From contig JAUFOQ010000016.1 of assembly GCA_040285855.1 (NCBI GenBank), forward strand, positions 744,001-808,000: a DNA stretch of 64,000 nt, read 5' to 3'. Both the position numbers and the translations under genes were made by a program. Positions 12,770 to 25,175 of the stretch are shown piece after piece; position 1 is the stretch's first letter; each line of letters begins with the position of its first letter. Under the pieces are notes generated by a model that was given only the letters and a program-made list of their open reading frames with translations, was not told the DNA's origin and searched no databases. The stretch comes from Eukaryota sp. GEM-RC1. Its lineage: Eukaryota.

Positions 12770-13893
12770 CTACATGAACCCAAAAAATGAACCAAACGTA
12801 TCATCAAAGGGTCTGAAAAAGTTTCCAAACGATCCAAACACTGATGATACTAAATCTCTCTCCACTGGTTGCTCCTCCTCCCTTGGCTTCATCTTCTTCT
12901 CCAAAAACTCCAACATCCTTCTCGACTCTTGGTCACTTTCATCTATATCCAATACTCTCGAATACTCTACCGACGCCTTAGCATATTCCTCAAGATAAAC
13001 GTAACAACTCCCCAGTCTTCTATGTGCCTTTGCTGACGACGGGTCTATCTGAATGGCCTTCTCACAATCCTTAATGCTGTCTCTATAGAGTCCTAATGCT
13101 TGTAATGCAGCAGCTCTATTCAGATATAAAGCTAATAAATTGTAGGGGGTTAAGTCATTGATAGCTTGCGTGTAAAGAGAAATAGCTTGATTATAATCCC
13201 CTTTTCTGAAGAAGTCGTTTGCTTGTTCTTTGACAACTAGAGCGGCATCCAGTTTGATTTGTTTTCTGTCTTCTTCAAGAATCTCATTGACTTCTGCTGG
13301 GGTCAATACATTTGATTGATTAGATATGGTCTGAGTCAACAAATCACGTTGCTCCTGCAGAGTAGTTTTGAGCTGACCACATCTATTTTTGAGATCAGCA
13401 ACGTCATGTTTCATGGACGTTAGTGTAATATAAAGAGAATTTTCTTCTCGTTCACATTCTTTCATTCTTGAATTTAAAATTTGTTTCTCTGAAAAGGAAG
13501 ATCTGAAAGTAGTTGTTCACTAATGAATGTTCTTTCTCGGGCCGCAGCGGTTAGCCTTGATTCTAGTTCAAGTTGTCGCGTTGTTAGTTCTTCTAAGCGT
13601 AGTTGGGAGGCTGCATAGGATTTGTTGTCTTGAGAAAAACGTTCGAAAAGACAACGAGATGAATTAGAGGAAGTGTCAGGTTTGCTTTGACGTTCTAGAG
13701 AAGATATGAATTCACGAAGAGCATAGTTTGGTATGAGTTGAGAAGGAGAAAGAGGTTTTCTTGTGATTGGACACACGTTATTAGTTCTTAACCATTCAAG
13801 GATGGCTTTTTGAGAAAAGGAGTGTCCATAAGGAGTAACAACAGCGTCTGACATGAGTTCTGACGTTATTGGACAACGAAGAGAGTCATGCAT
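12770..13893 (-). CDS. U-box - coiled coil - TPR protein (putative E3 ubiquitin ligase), one frameshift at ~13495
   Basis: LRCPITSELMSDAVVTPYGHSF..AILEWL...CPITRKPL...LIPNYALR (U-box); KEQANDFFRKGDYNQAISLYTQAI...YLNRAAA...KAHRRLG (3 TPR). Confidence 0.88.
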
Positions 13894-14009
13894 GGGGAAT
13901 TGTGAGTCAAAGTAAAGAATGTTTGTTTGACTCAATTGTTTGGCCAAAAGTCGTAGCACAAACAATAAGCCAAACAGGATAAGTCAAAACAGTTTTCGGT
14001 TTTAGAAAA

Positions 14010-14300
14010 CCAGTAGTAGCTCTTAAATTTGTAAAACGTGTTGAATACGAATTATGACCTTCTGCATCACTTTGGAAAAGTGTATTGAATATCTGATAAC
14101 CGCTTTCGGAAAAATAGTAAAAAAGAAAATGTGCAAACGCTTTCACCATACGCTATGGGTGATTTAGTATCGTTTTTACTATTTTTTACACAATTCCCCC
14201 TCATCATCTCCAAATCTTCATTAGTTGTGAGTTCTTATATGAGGACAAAGCTGTTGTAAGATTGTATAGTGATGTGTGTTGTTTTAATGATATCAAATAG
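14010..14300 (-). repeat. Degenerate dispersed repeat, copy A (copy B at 37290-37600)
   Basis: atcgtttttact...catctccaaa...gtgagttc...tgttgttttaatgatatcaaat shared; remnant peptide SYSTRFT vs SYSTCFT. Confidence 0.7.
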
Positions 14301-14690
14301 TAGTATTTATACTTCATTACATTCAATTCATTGTGCTATTTAACAAAAACAAATTTGTCATAAGAAACTCAATTCCCACTTGAATTCATTCTTTGAATTC
14401 ATTTTTTCTGTTATATCAAATCTTGATGATGCTGAGGATTTTTTTTCAAAATTGTGTCGTGATCAATGGAAAATTTTAAATCAAGCTCTTTGGCGTAATA
14501 GCATACGTTTTCATCATATAATAGTTGAAATCACAAGAATAGAACTGTACTTGTATTTCCAACGTACGGTACGTACTTTTGAGCAACTAAACAAATAGGA
14601 TATCATCAAAAGCTATAAAATTAGAGACAAATCTTGTAAATTAATTTCTCGAATAATTTATATACATAAAACAGAAATGTTTAAAAACAC

Positions 14691-15959
14691 TTACTGTTCA
14701 AGCTGTTCTATCCGAGCACTCTTTTCTTCTTCAGAAACATACAAAGGAAAAGCACCTGCTAAATACCCCGACTTAAACAACTCACGATAGTCTCTCCAGC
14801 CATTATCCTCTGTAGTTATCCTACTAGAAAAGTAAAAGATCCTGGACGAATGAATTCCAGTCTCAAGATAAGCTTGTTGGTCAGTATCTCTGTTACCAAA
14901 CCCTCCATAAACAATAAACAATGGAGATGAAACAACATCTAGACCAACTCGGTTGAGTGATTTAGACATTGACTTCAGAGCAAACGCCTTATATTCAGCT
15001 GGACTAACTGCAGAAGAGTCGATAATCCCTCGTGAACAAGTTACCACGGGACCATAGGGCAACCGTTTATGATGTTCTGAGACCACTCGTTGGAGGTACT
15101 TTCGAGTTTTGCCTGCAAGAGCTGATCCTCTCATAGTTAGATAGATAGGTAAATAGCCCTGTTGAACAATGTAATTAGCCACGGCTACTATGCCTTTCCT
15201 TTGAAACTTACCCATACGAAGAATACTTGGGAAAATGAATCCAAAGGTATCGCTGCTAGTAATCGTACCATCAACATCAAACACAACTGCTCTTCTACCA
15301 GCAGGCCATAAGTAAATAAATCCACCCAGAGAAGATCGGGGTTCCCTGCTTTTAGGAAAGTCACGTGACATTGCATAGTATTTAACTCTATTAGGACCTG
15401 GTTGAAGGAACTTACTTAGATATCTCATTATAGAACATGATGGAAGATACTTTCCACTCTTACCCCACACCATTCTGGCTGATTTATTCTTAACAGATTC
15501 TACTGCACATGGATTAACTGAGAAGGGGGTAAGTGTATTCTCGGTAATAAGGAGATCTCCTACAGAAGAAACAGTTTCAGGTGGGGAGAGGCGATCGTGG
15601 GAGACTTGGTTTTGGTAGACATCTTCATCAGATGAAGGTTCGGGTATTACTTGTTCAGTCTGAGTTGTTTCAGGTGGAATGTCAGTATAGAAGGCTGCAA
15701 CACCGTTAGCATCAAGAAGAAGAGGAATTCCTGTTTGGATTCCATTGATTTCTAAGAAGACTGTGCGACCACAGGCTTTGCGGAAGGAGATAGTTCCGAA
15801 TTGTACCCAGAATGGAGAGCATGAAAGGATACTGGAAGGATTAGAAATGTCATGAAGACAAATGACATCGATAGCTCCACCTAGGAAGGGCCTTGAATCA
15901 GAGACATTGTCTGAAGAGAAGTGATAGGAGACGGGAGAAATTGATCTTTCCAAAGACAT
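14691..15959 (-). CDS. PAH1: Lipin/Pah1 phosphatidate phosphatase
   Basis: N-LIP GGAIDVI...SPFWVQFG; LNS2 VVFDVDGTITSSD (DxDxT), YLTMRG, YGGFGNRDTD. Confidence 0.92.
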   Translation of the reverse strand: MSLERSISPVSYHFSSDNVSDSRPFLGGAIDVICLHDISNPSSILSCSPFWVQFGTISFRKACGRTVFLEINGIQTGIPLLLDANGVAAFYTDIPPETTQTEQVIPEPSSDEDVYQNQVSHDRLSPPETVSSVGDLLITENTLTPFSVNPCAVESVKNKSARMVWGKSGKYLPSCSIMRYLSKFLQPGPNRVKYYAMSRDFPKSREPRSSLGGFIYLWPAGRRAVVFDVDGTITSSDTFGFIFPSILRMGKFQRKGIVAVANYIVQQGYLPIYLTMRGSALAGKTRKYLQRVVSEHHKRLPYGPVVTCSRGIIDSSAVSPAEYKAFALKSMSKSLNRVGLDVVSSPLFIVYGGFGNRDTDQQAYLETGIHSSRIFYFSSRITTEDNGWRDYRELFKSGYLAGAFPLYVSEEEKSARIEQLEQ

Positions 15960-16094
15960 TTGAAGGAAGAAAGGGTCGCACTTTTTTTACTGATCACCTT
16001 TCAGTCAGATCGATATTTAACAAAGACCTATTACCCAAAAAGAACCTGTCAGTGTATGTCACTTAGGTACAACAACATACAACCATCCGCGAAT

Positions 16095-16800
16095 GAGTCA
16101 ATTTTGTAGGACTTACATGTAATTGTTCTCTTACACCATCATGCATACACGTTCGATAGTTATGTAGCGATTACAACTTAACCGATGGGAAACGTTATTT
16201 GTGTTCCACAGCTACATTGAAGATCATTTGGCAAATTGAATGGCCATAAATAACAACGAAGTCTCATGGTAATGACCCATTGATGATCATTTAATAATAA
16301 ACCATATACTTGTGGAATATGATTGATCAATGCCACAAACAGAGCTCTCCTTTAAATCAATTAAAAAGTGAGCGAAAGCTGGATTTTTTTCTTTAGTTGA
16401 GCTAAGACGAACTGTGAAATCTAAACTTTCAAAATATTTTAATAAATGATTTTGTATTTTCAGTAAAGCAACTTTTAAAGACAATGTTTCGACATGGAAT
16501 TTCCTTGATATCAACAGGAAAACAAAATGACCATAACTCAGGAGAGAGATTTCCTATTTCACAACGGAGATGATTGAGTTCCAAAACTGATCTACCAGTT
16601 TTTATTCAAGATTTCTGTTTACTTATAGAACAAAAACTAGAGTAGAACTCAATATCATTAAAGCAACATTCGTTGCCATTCATTAAGACTCACATGAGCT
16701 TTTTCTTCATTAAAACTTAAGAGCTCATAGAGCTTTAGAAAACATAACCTGAATTGTTTTAAAAATAGTACAGACATTACGATTCGACCAAAACTGGTAC
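16095..16800 (-). mobile_element. Non-LTR retrotransposon remnant (CRE/R2-like, RLE class)
   Basis: WPFNLPNDLQCSCGTQ..H.LSCNR..RTCMHDGVREQL (CCHC + RHD), paralogous to 55310-55830. Confidence 0.65.
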
Positions 16801-16865
16801 AATAATCAAATTTCTTGTCCATTCTTTTGTGTCAACTCTGTAAAAGTCAGAGAGAAAACAAAGAA

Positions 16866-17473
16866 CACCAATTGTTTCAATTAGTCTCACTGAGACTAAT
16901 ACCGTACGTCATTTTCATTTGTCACATATCGGAATTAGTCTCACAGAGACTAATTGCTAGTGAGAGTAATTCCAAATAGTCTCACTGAGACTAATTATTT
17001 CGCAATTGTATTAGTCTCACTAAATTTTTATAAACATAACATCAGTTTTTTTTGAAACACCTTCCCCTAATTCAAGTTACCTTTTCCCTTGATCCATCTG
17101 TGTTTCTTCGCGATTTCTTGAAGACCAAAGATCAACTTATATTCATGCCAAACTCCAGTTTCATCTCCAATTGGATCTTTGAAGATGCTTGGAGCCTTAA
17201 AGCTACGAATGAAGCCATAAAAAATGATTTAGATTGGTGAGTGGGGAATCATATGGTGAAGTACAGTTTTAAGTTGATCTCATCAGTATAAAAGTTCTTC
17301 TAATTGTAAAAGCTCATTCAATCATTTGTATTTTTGTTACATCTTTCTCATTAAAAACAACAAAAGTGGTATTTGGGAGGTCAAAATTGAAACTGTCATA
17401 GCGGAATTAGTCTCACTGAGACTATTTTCTAGTGAGACTAATTTGTTAGTGAGACTAATTGAAACAATCGGTG
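16866..17473. mobile_element. CACC-ended MITE, copy 2
   Basis: TIRs caccaattgtttcaattagtctcact / gtgagactaattgaaacaatcggtg; AA on both sides; collinear with 6975-7580. Confidence 0.87.
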
Positions 17474-17799
17474 AACATCTTTACCGAATCGACCAGAGAT
17501 CGAAATTGCAAAATGACATAATTTGTACTCAACATGCCTAGTATGTTTGAGAACTGTCAGGGGCCATCATACATATTTTCTCTTAAATTTCTCAGAGGCG
17601 TCAAGATGAGAAACTTCACTTTGAACATCTCTTTTTTAACAAACATCAACTGTAATCACAAATGACCGCAAATTAGTCACTGACGGAAGGAACGATGACA
17701 CTGACATCTGCTCTTCCTTTACCGAAAGTCCTATCATTGTCAAAAGAGGATAAATAAATCAGCTATATTAAATTATAATACAAAGAAAACAACTAACTA

Positions 17800-20700
17800 T
17801 TACATACCAATCTTTCTTCTAAAGGATGATAACATTACATTCCCAAGAATGTTATTACTCAAATCAACCTGAAGTTTGGGATTCGACTTAATCGTGTTTC
17901 TAAACCCATCAATGACGTCATCATTAATACAATTGTTACTCAGATTGAGCACTTTAAGGGAGGTGTTCCCTAAAAGAATCCTACTCAAGGATCTTGCTGT
18001 ATCAGAGGTTAAACGATTAGAGTCCAAGTACAACTCACGTAAATTAAAAAGAAAACGAGCATCGGCATGAAGTGTGGTCATTTGATTATGACCAAGATCA
18101 AGAACTTCAATAGAAGAGGAAGTGTTACACAATGATTGTAAGAGAAAACGTGCTCCATCGTCATTGATTTGATTGTAGCTCAAGTAGAGCTCTTTTAGAG
18201 TGGTACAATCACGAACAATACCGGTAACTTTCTTAATAGAGTCGGAGTCAATCATGGTATTAGCCAAATTTAAAACTTTGAGATGTTGGTTTCCAGCCAA
18301 AGAGTTTGCCAAATTTTCAAAATCAGGTCCAGTGATTCTGTTTCCTTGAAGCTTCAATCTTTGAATGACATGATTATTCTGCATCAAGTAACATAGAGCA
18401 TCTACTGTTTCAGTCTCCAAATGAACTACAGGTGTTAAACATTTAGAAATATCTAATTCCACCACTCTAACGTTGTCAATCAAACCGACACAAAGAGCTC
18501 TAACACCTGCGTCTCCAATGTAACTACTGCTGAGTTCAAGTCTCTTAACAGTACTGTTAGAAGCAAGCGAGTGAACAAGAGGAAGGAAACAACAGAAGGG
18601 GAGCTTTCTCTGAATGGTAAGTTCATTAAACGACTTCTTGGTGTTATTCAATAACTTCTTAACAGACAAATCAACATCAGATCCCCAAATGTTGAAGTTA
18701 ATATGGGGTTTGCTCTTAAGCAAGTCGATCAAATACTTGGCCATAACATTCATTTCATTAATAGGAGGATCAATGGTGACTTCTTCAACAGAAGTATTAT
18801 GCTTAAGTGCAGTAATGATAGCATGGAGACTGGCACTCACCGAACCAGCTCTGAATTTAGTTGTCCAAATGTCAAGAGTCTTGACTGGGCAACTAAGTTG
18901 AAGTAAACGGTGAACAGCAGCATCAGTTGTCTTATTCCAAATAGAGAACTTAAAATCTGGCTTTTGGCGAACTAGCTCCATTAGGGGAGAAGACAACGTC
19001 ACCATGAGCATGACTACAAGTCATGTCAATTTCTTTCAAAGTTGAGTTAAACTTCAGAAAAGATACAATATCTGCAATTCCAACAGCATCAAAATCATTA
19101 TTTCCAATGAGTAACCGCAATAACGTAGTATTGCCTTGAATAAGGCGTTCTCCCAGAACATGGAGAGACTCATTACAAAGATTGTTATGATTCAAATTCA
19201 ACGACACTATACGAGAAGTACGAATTACATCGATAATAGCGTTGACACCTGCTAAAGCAATCTTGTTGTGACTAAGACTAACATGACGAAGAGAATTGCT
19301 GTGAAGAAGAGAATTACAAAGAGACTCTACGGTGGCACAATCAATATTGTTATGGGTAAGTCTCAATTTAACCAGTCGATGATTGAACACTTGACAGTCG
19401 ATTGGGAAACCAGAATTGAGTTGATTATTACTGAGATCAAGTGATGAAATTGAAGAATTTCTTGTCAGCGAAGCAAACAACTCAACAGCACCTTCTCCAC
19501 TGATGTTATTACTATCAAGGACTAGAGTTCTAAGAGCAGAGTTGGTTTCTAAAGCAGTGGCAAACATCACAGCACCTTCATCTCCAATCTTACGACCAGA
19601 GAAGTTAAGCTCTTGGACGCCAGTGTTACCAGCAAGAGCATTGGCAAAAGCTTCCAAGTATGATGAACTAAGTAAAGTCTGATGTCCTGTTGTACCAAAG
19701 TTGAATACAGTAAGGCGAGTGTTGATCTTTAGAAGTTCTGTAGCAGCGGAGAGATCTTCATCGTCAATGGAAATATTACTTAAGTAAAGCTTTCGGACAT
19801 GACGTGACGTTGAGACCGCTGACGCAACAGCACAAACCTCCTTGTTATTGGTTTGATAGTCTTTTGACTTGTACTTAACAACTTGGTCAAAGAGAATTCT
19901 TTTTAAAATACCTCGGATAATTTTGTCGTTTTCTTCCCCCCAAATACAAAAGTTAATTTTACTTTTGCGCTTTAACAGTTTCATTAATTTAGCTGCTCCT
20001 TTTGAATCAATATTGTTACAATCAAGCTTTACACACTTAATAGACTCATTGACCTCCAGAGCTTCTGCTATAACTACTGCACCTTCAGACTGAACATTGT
20101 TGTTACTTAAGATCAGTTCTCTGAGTACTCTGTTTTCACAAAGCATTGAAGCCAAGGCATTAGCACCAACTGGACCACAATGGTTGGAGATGACAAAACC
20201 AGTGTTGTGGGGTGAAAACTCTGCTCCAGACAAATAAAGTTTCAAAAGACAGCAATTCTCAATCAAAGCTTCTGCAATAGCAATCATCCCATTATCAGAG
20301 ATGTTACAGCGACTGAGAGTTAACGAGGTAAGGGTTTTGTTAGAACGTAAAGACTCAGCAATTGCAATAGCTCCTGCATCGTTGATAAAAGAGTCCGTGA
20401 TTGAAAGACTTTCTACTGGGGATTTAGTACTCGCTAGAACTTGTGCTAAAGCGATTGCAGCTTCCTTGGTGATAGACTTGAAGGCAATTTAGGACGGGAG
20501 AAGTTCAAACGATTGGGAAGGAGTGGCTCTTTTGCGAAGAGTAATTGCGCAACAATTCGGTCAACCTTACCCCAATAGGAAAATTTTAAATTTGGTCTAA
20601 CTTTTAAAGTGTTCAGCAAAGACCCTACAGCTTCGGCACCGTACTCAATTCCATTTAAACACAGAGTGTCCAGTGTGGTGTTGATTGTATTGATAACCAT

Positions 20701-22096
20701 ACAAATGCTGATAATTCCTTCAGATCCAATTGGATTATTTGATAGATCCAATGACTTGATTGTTTTGTTAGTTCTTAAGACTTCACAAGCGATGTAATTA
20801 GCTCCAGCTGACGAGATTTGATTGGAACTGAGGTCAACATGTTTCACGGTAGTGTTGTGGCGTAGACTGTTACAAAGAGTCGTCACAAACTGACAATCGA
20901 TTTGTTGATTAGCTAGCTGAATACTAGTGAAAGTTCCTTGTGGAGACCTTAAATACTGTAGGACAGTGGTAAAATTAGACTCCATACTAAGAATCCCACC
21001 ATGTTGAGTTTGAGAGAAGGATTCAAGAGCTTGTTTAGAGGACTCGTGAAGAACGGCATTCTGTAATCCCACAGACTCGAGGTTAAACCTGGGGATTAGA
21101 TCGATCAATGCTGTAACTGCAGGTTCACTGAATCTACACCGTTCAAAGAGAAGAGAGTTAATATTAAAATGCTGAGATAGAAGTATCATCAGTTCAGAAA
21201 CAACTTCTCCAGTGATATCGTTATAGCGGAGGTCTAGAGTAGTGGGTGAGCTAGCGGAAAGAATTGCATGGAGGTTACGGAACTGTTGCGGAATAGTTAT
21301 TCTGTGCATATCAGAGGATGGCTCGAGGAGGAGAGAAACAGTTGTGAGATGGGGGAAGGAGAGATCAACTGGGATTGTCTGTGGCAAAGGAACAATGAAC
21401 TCAATGGAGACAATTTGAGGTAATGTAGCAAAACCAGACAAGTGTGAGAAGAACTGGGAGTCAGCATTGAATACTGCAATCTTAAGGGGGTTGGTAAGGG
21501 AGGGGTCAAAGTTGTCAACTGAGCCTAATACAGTCAAGAGTTGGGGAAGAGAACGGGCATCGACTTCGAGAGGGCTTTCTTCACTAATGGTCCTTATACG
21601 AGTATAGAATTTCAAAGCAAAAGACTCACTGACTATTGAGAACTTGAAGAAGTTGAGCAGAAACTTCGTTGTGAAGATGATCTTGGGAATATATTTGTTA
21701 GATTTTGGGTGGAACAGATCCGTCATGCAACGGTTTAAGACGTGTTTAGATACACACGTGAATTCAACGTCATCAACACCGATCGCTAGAATCCGTCTAG
21801 CAGGAGTACGTTGTTGGATAGAAGGTGAGGATATAGGAATTCCGTCAAGATCATTATCGAAATTATCAATACCCGATCTCGACTGTTTCAAGGGGGGTTC
21901 AAAGCTCTGGCTAGATCGGGACCGCATCATTGGTGACGCAGATAGAGGACTTTCGTTAGGAAACAGATTCGAAGATCCTAAGCTTGGTGTTCCAGGCGTT
22001 CGAGGGCTAATGGACGATCGAGGAAGATTTCTAGTGTTTCTGTGATAAGTAAAGACATAGAGCATACATAGTTGGAGTTGAAAAAGGTGATGCCAT
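17800..22096 (-). CDS. Large RI-like/NLRC3-type leucine-rich repeat protein (~1,420 aa); 28-nt intron and two frameshifts
   Basis: Many LxLxxNxIxxxG repeats over three ORFs; intron 22040-22067 links the upstream MASPFSTPT exon in frame; frameshifts at ~20488 and ~18986. Confidence 0.85.
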
Positions 22097-22675
22097 GAGG
22101 AAGGGTAAGATGTTTTTGAAGAAACAATTAAAAGAGAAATATTCCGTCTAGGTAGTTGGTTTTTAATCTCACCAAATTGAGTCTTTTCTCATTTTTGATT
22201 ACAACTATCTAGTTCAGAGTTGTGCTCAAACAGTTGTACCGTTTCTTTTCAAGGATGAATGATACTGTACAATGAAAAATTGATCTTCAATGATCGGCTG
22301 TCTGTTTTGAATCGCTAACAAACTTTAAGTTATTGACAAGAATGTAAGATGTCTTAACTTTATCAACTGCAAAATCTCACATCTAGAGTGTATGTGTCTT
22401 AGAATTGCGTTTTACATCTTTGTACAGGAAATCTGGTCTTTTTCACTCTATTCTTCTTCTCAATGTTCTAATCACTGGTTACAAATATCGTGTTTCAGTA
22501 GTAGCATTCATTCGCTATTCCAAACTCTTTCTCAACTTCGTTTTAAACGCCTTTCCCCCAATATTGATGGGAACCGGATACATACATGTACGATTCCATT
22601 AAATATCCAATACATGTGTTAAGTGTATAGAAAACAGAGAAATTTATTAAATAAAATACAGAATTCCAAACAGGA

Positions 22676-24274
22676 TTATTTCTCCACCTTTTTCCTTAAT
22701 TCATCTCTAGTCAACGGCCTCGTCACCTCTTCTCCTTCATTCTCCTCATCACTTCCATACTCAAGCGACGGCGGAACCACTCCTAAATGACCAGCTTCTC
22801 CTCTAGCACTATCTCTAGAAGCAGAAACTCTAATCCAAGCTGAATCACGACGGGATCTCAACCCAGCAAGTGCATCAGCAGACACCACCTTAGAATCTGG
22901 GAAGACTGAAAGATAGTGACCAATGATTGCTACAGACCTCTGTTCAACAGCTCCCATTTTTTCAAAACCTCCTCATCGTTATCTGTTACGGCAACGTCAA
23001 GTTGTTCAATAGCTCGCTCCATAACCTTCTTTAAGTTATCCAGAAGATCCAAGCCTTGGTTGATAGCCAAATCTCTTTCGTTTGTTTTAGCAATCATATC
23101 CTTAGTCTGTTGTTCAAGTTGATCAATCATTTGACGTCGTTGATTGTCGACATTGGTCTCTTCTACAGAAACCTTTGTCAGAGCTTCCCGTAGAGAAGCA
23201 ACTTCGATCTGAAGCTTGTCCAGCGCTATTCCAAGTTCATTAGAATAATTAAATAAAGAAAAACACAATACTTCCGCATCAACAAACGTCTTCACCAACA
23301 CAGATATATCATTAATCCCAGTTGCAGACTTCATTTTCGAGAACATCTCTTCATAACTCAAGATCTTATCCTTCTTATCCCCAGAGGATCCATCCTCTCT
23401 CGCCTTCAACAACCTTTCCTTGAATGTAGTTGCTTGGTGCTTAGGAGAAGGACTTTCAACTGGGCTGCTATTCAGGAGCTCTCGTAAGTGTTGGTCCTTC
23501 TCCAATTGACGCGAAAGATCGTTCCATTCAGCATCAAAGGCTTTAGCTTCGTCAAGTTCGATTTTCTCAAGGTTTGAGAGAACTGATTGAAGAGAATCAC
23601 GCTCGTCATACTCTAAGTTACTTTCATCAACCATTTGTCTAAGAGATTCCTTTAGTTTTGATAGTTTTCTATCTAACTTCTGGAATGCACTGTCGTAAAC
23701 TGTTCGTTCTCTTCGTAGTCCATCAATGTGTTCTCGAAGCTGTTTGTTAGTTGCCACAGCTTCGTTATATCGTACAGTGGCTTTGTTAAGACGGTTTTCT
23801 AATAATCGTACTTGTCTTTCAACATCTTCTGGAGTCTTTTTCGATGTGTAGAGTCTGGCTAAACGTCGTCTTTCTTCAGAGACCTTGGTACGAAGAACTT
23901 TGATTTGTTTGTCGAGTTCAGAAGACTGGTTTTCAAGTTGACGAAGATGTTTAGCAGCGCATTGTTCTTCTGAATGTAGAGAGTGCATGAGATTGGTTGT
24001 AGTATTAGCGGCTTTAGTTGCCATTAAGGGAGCAGATTCGTCTGCAACTTGACCTTCAAGTTTGTCACGTTCAGCCTTAAGTCTGGATATTTGAGCACTA
24101 TAATAAGAATGTGTTGAGTGGTGTATACTGTTGTTTTCGTATTTGGTTTGTTACCTTTTCAGCGTAACCTTTTCGATCATTATCAAGAAGACGATAACGG
24201 ATTTGAAGCTCGTTAAATTGATGTAGTTCTGCAGGAGAAAGTTTGGTGTTGGCGGAAGTTGGTTCAGCTGCCAT
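22676..24274 (-). CDS. Outer dynein arm docking complex coiled-coil protein (ODA-DC2/CCDC114/CCDC63-like)
   Basis: RLLENRLNKATVRYNEAVATNKQLREHIDGLRRER; SYEEMFSKMKSATGI; FSLFNYSNEL; 31-nt intron 24098-24128; A-run frameshift at ~22960. Confidence 0.85.
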
Positions 24275-24327
24275 GAAAGATTGTTATGGAAATTCAGTCT
24301 TCAAAATCTTCATCTCCAACTCTTCGC

Positions 24328-24857
24328 ATGACTTCCCTTTCTCGCTCAGGAACTCGTTCGTCTAAACCACGCTTTGAACTTTCAGAAGAAGCCAAACAAG
24401 AAATTCAGGAAGCCTTTTCTCTCTTTGATAGTGATGGCTCTGGTACTATTGACAGCAAAGAACTTAAGGTTGCCATGAGAGCTCTTGGTTTCGAACCCCA
24501 AAAGGATGAAATTCGTAGACTCCTCGCTGAAGTTGACAAAGAAGGCAAAGGAGTTATTGACTTTAATGACTTCCTGACAATCATGACAGAGAAAATCTCC
24601 TCTAGAAACCCTCGAGAAGAAGTTTGTTTTGCTTATTTCTTGACTTACTTTAGATGCTTAAAGCTTTTAGATTGTTTGATGATGACAATACTGGTAAAAT
24701 TTCTTTCAAAAACCTTAAACGAGTAGCTAGGGAACTAGGAGAACAAATGGCTGATGAGGAAATTGAAGAAATGATCCAAGAAGCTGATTTAGATGGTGAT
24801 GGTGAGGTTTCCTTAGAAGAATTCATGAGGATTTGTATGAGAGCATCACTTATTTAA
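24328..24857 (+). CDS. CETN: Centrin (caltractin)
   Basis: [41 protein letters not shown]; 32-nt intron 24622-24653 gives [15 protein letters not shown]; four EF hands. Confidence 0.96.
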
Positions 24858-25175
24858 ATAGCATGATCGTGTACTCTAACTTTCTTTTGTATTTTATAGG
24901 CCTTAATGTTTCATCAGCTTTCTCATCTGATATAAATACTGAAATGGTGAGTATTCTACATTGTAGTTGACTTATCCACCGCCAACAACAAATTGATGTA
25001 GTGGAGTGAAAGACTATTTTCTCTAAAGAGCATTGATAATTGATTTAATAAAATGCACAGCCCCCATAATGTGTCCAGAGTTAGGTTAACTAGATCAGAT
25101 TGTGTGATTGACACGTCAACTATTCGTTGGTGAGGAATTGTACTAGTACCATTTTCTTCATCAAAATTTCACCAA

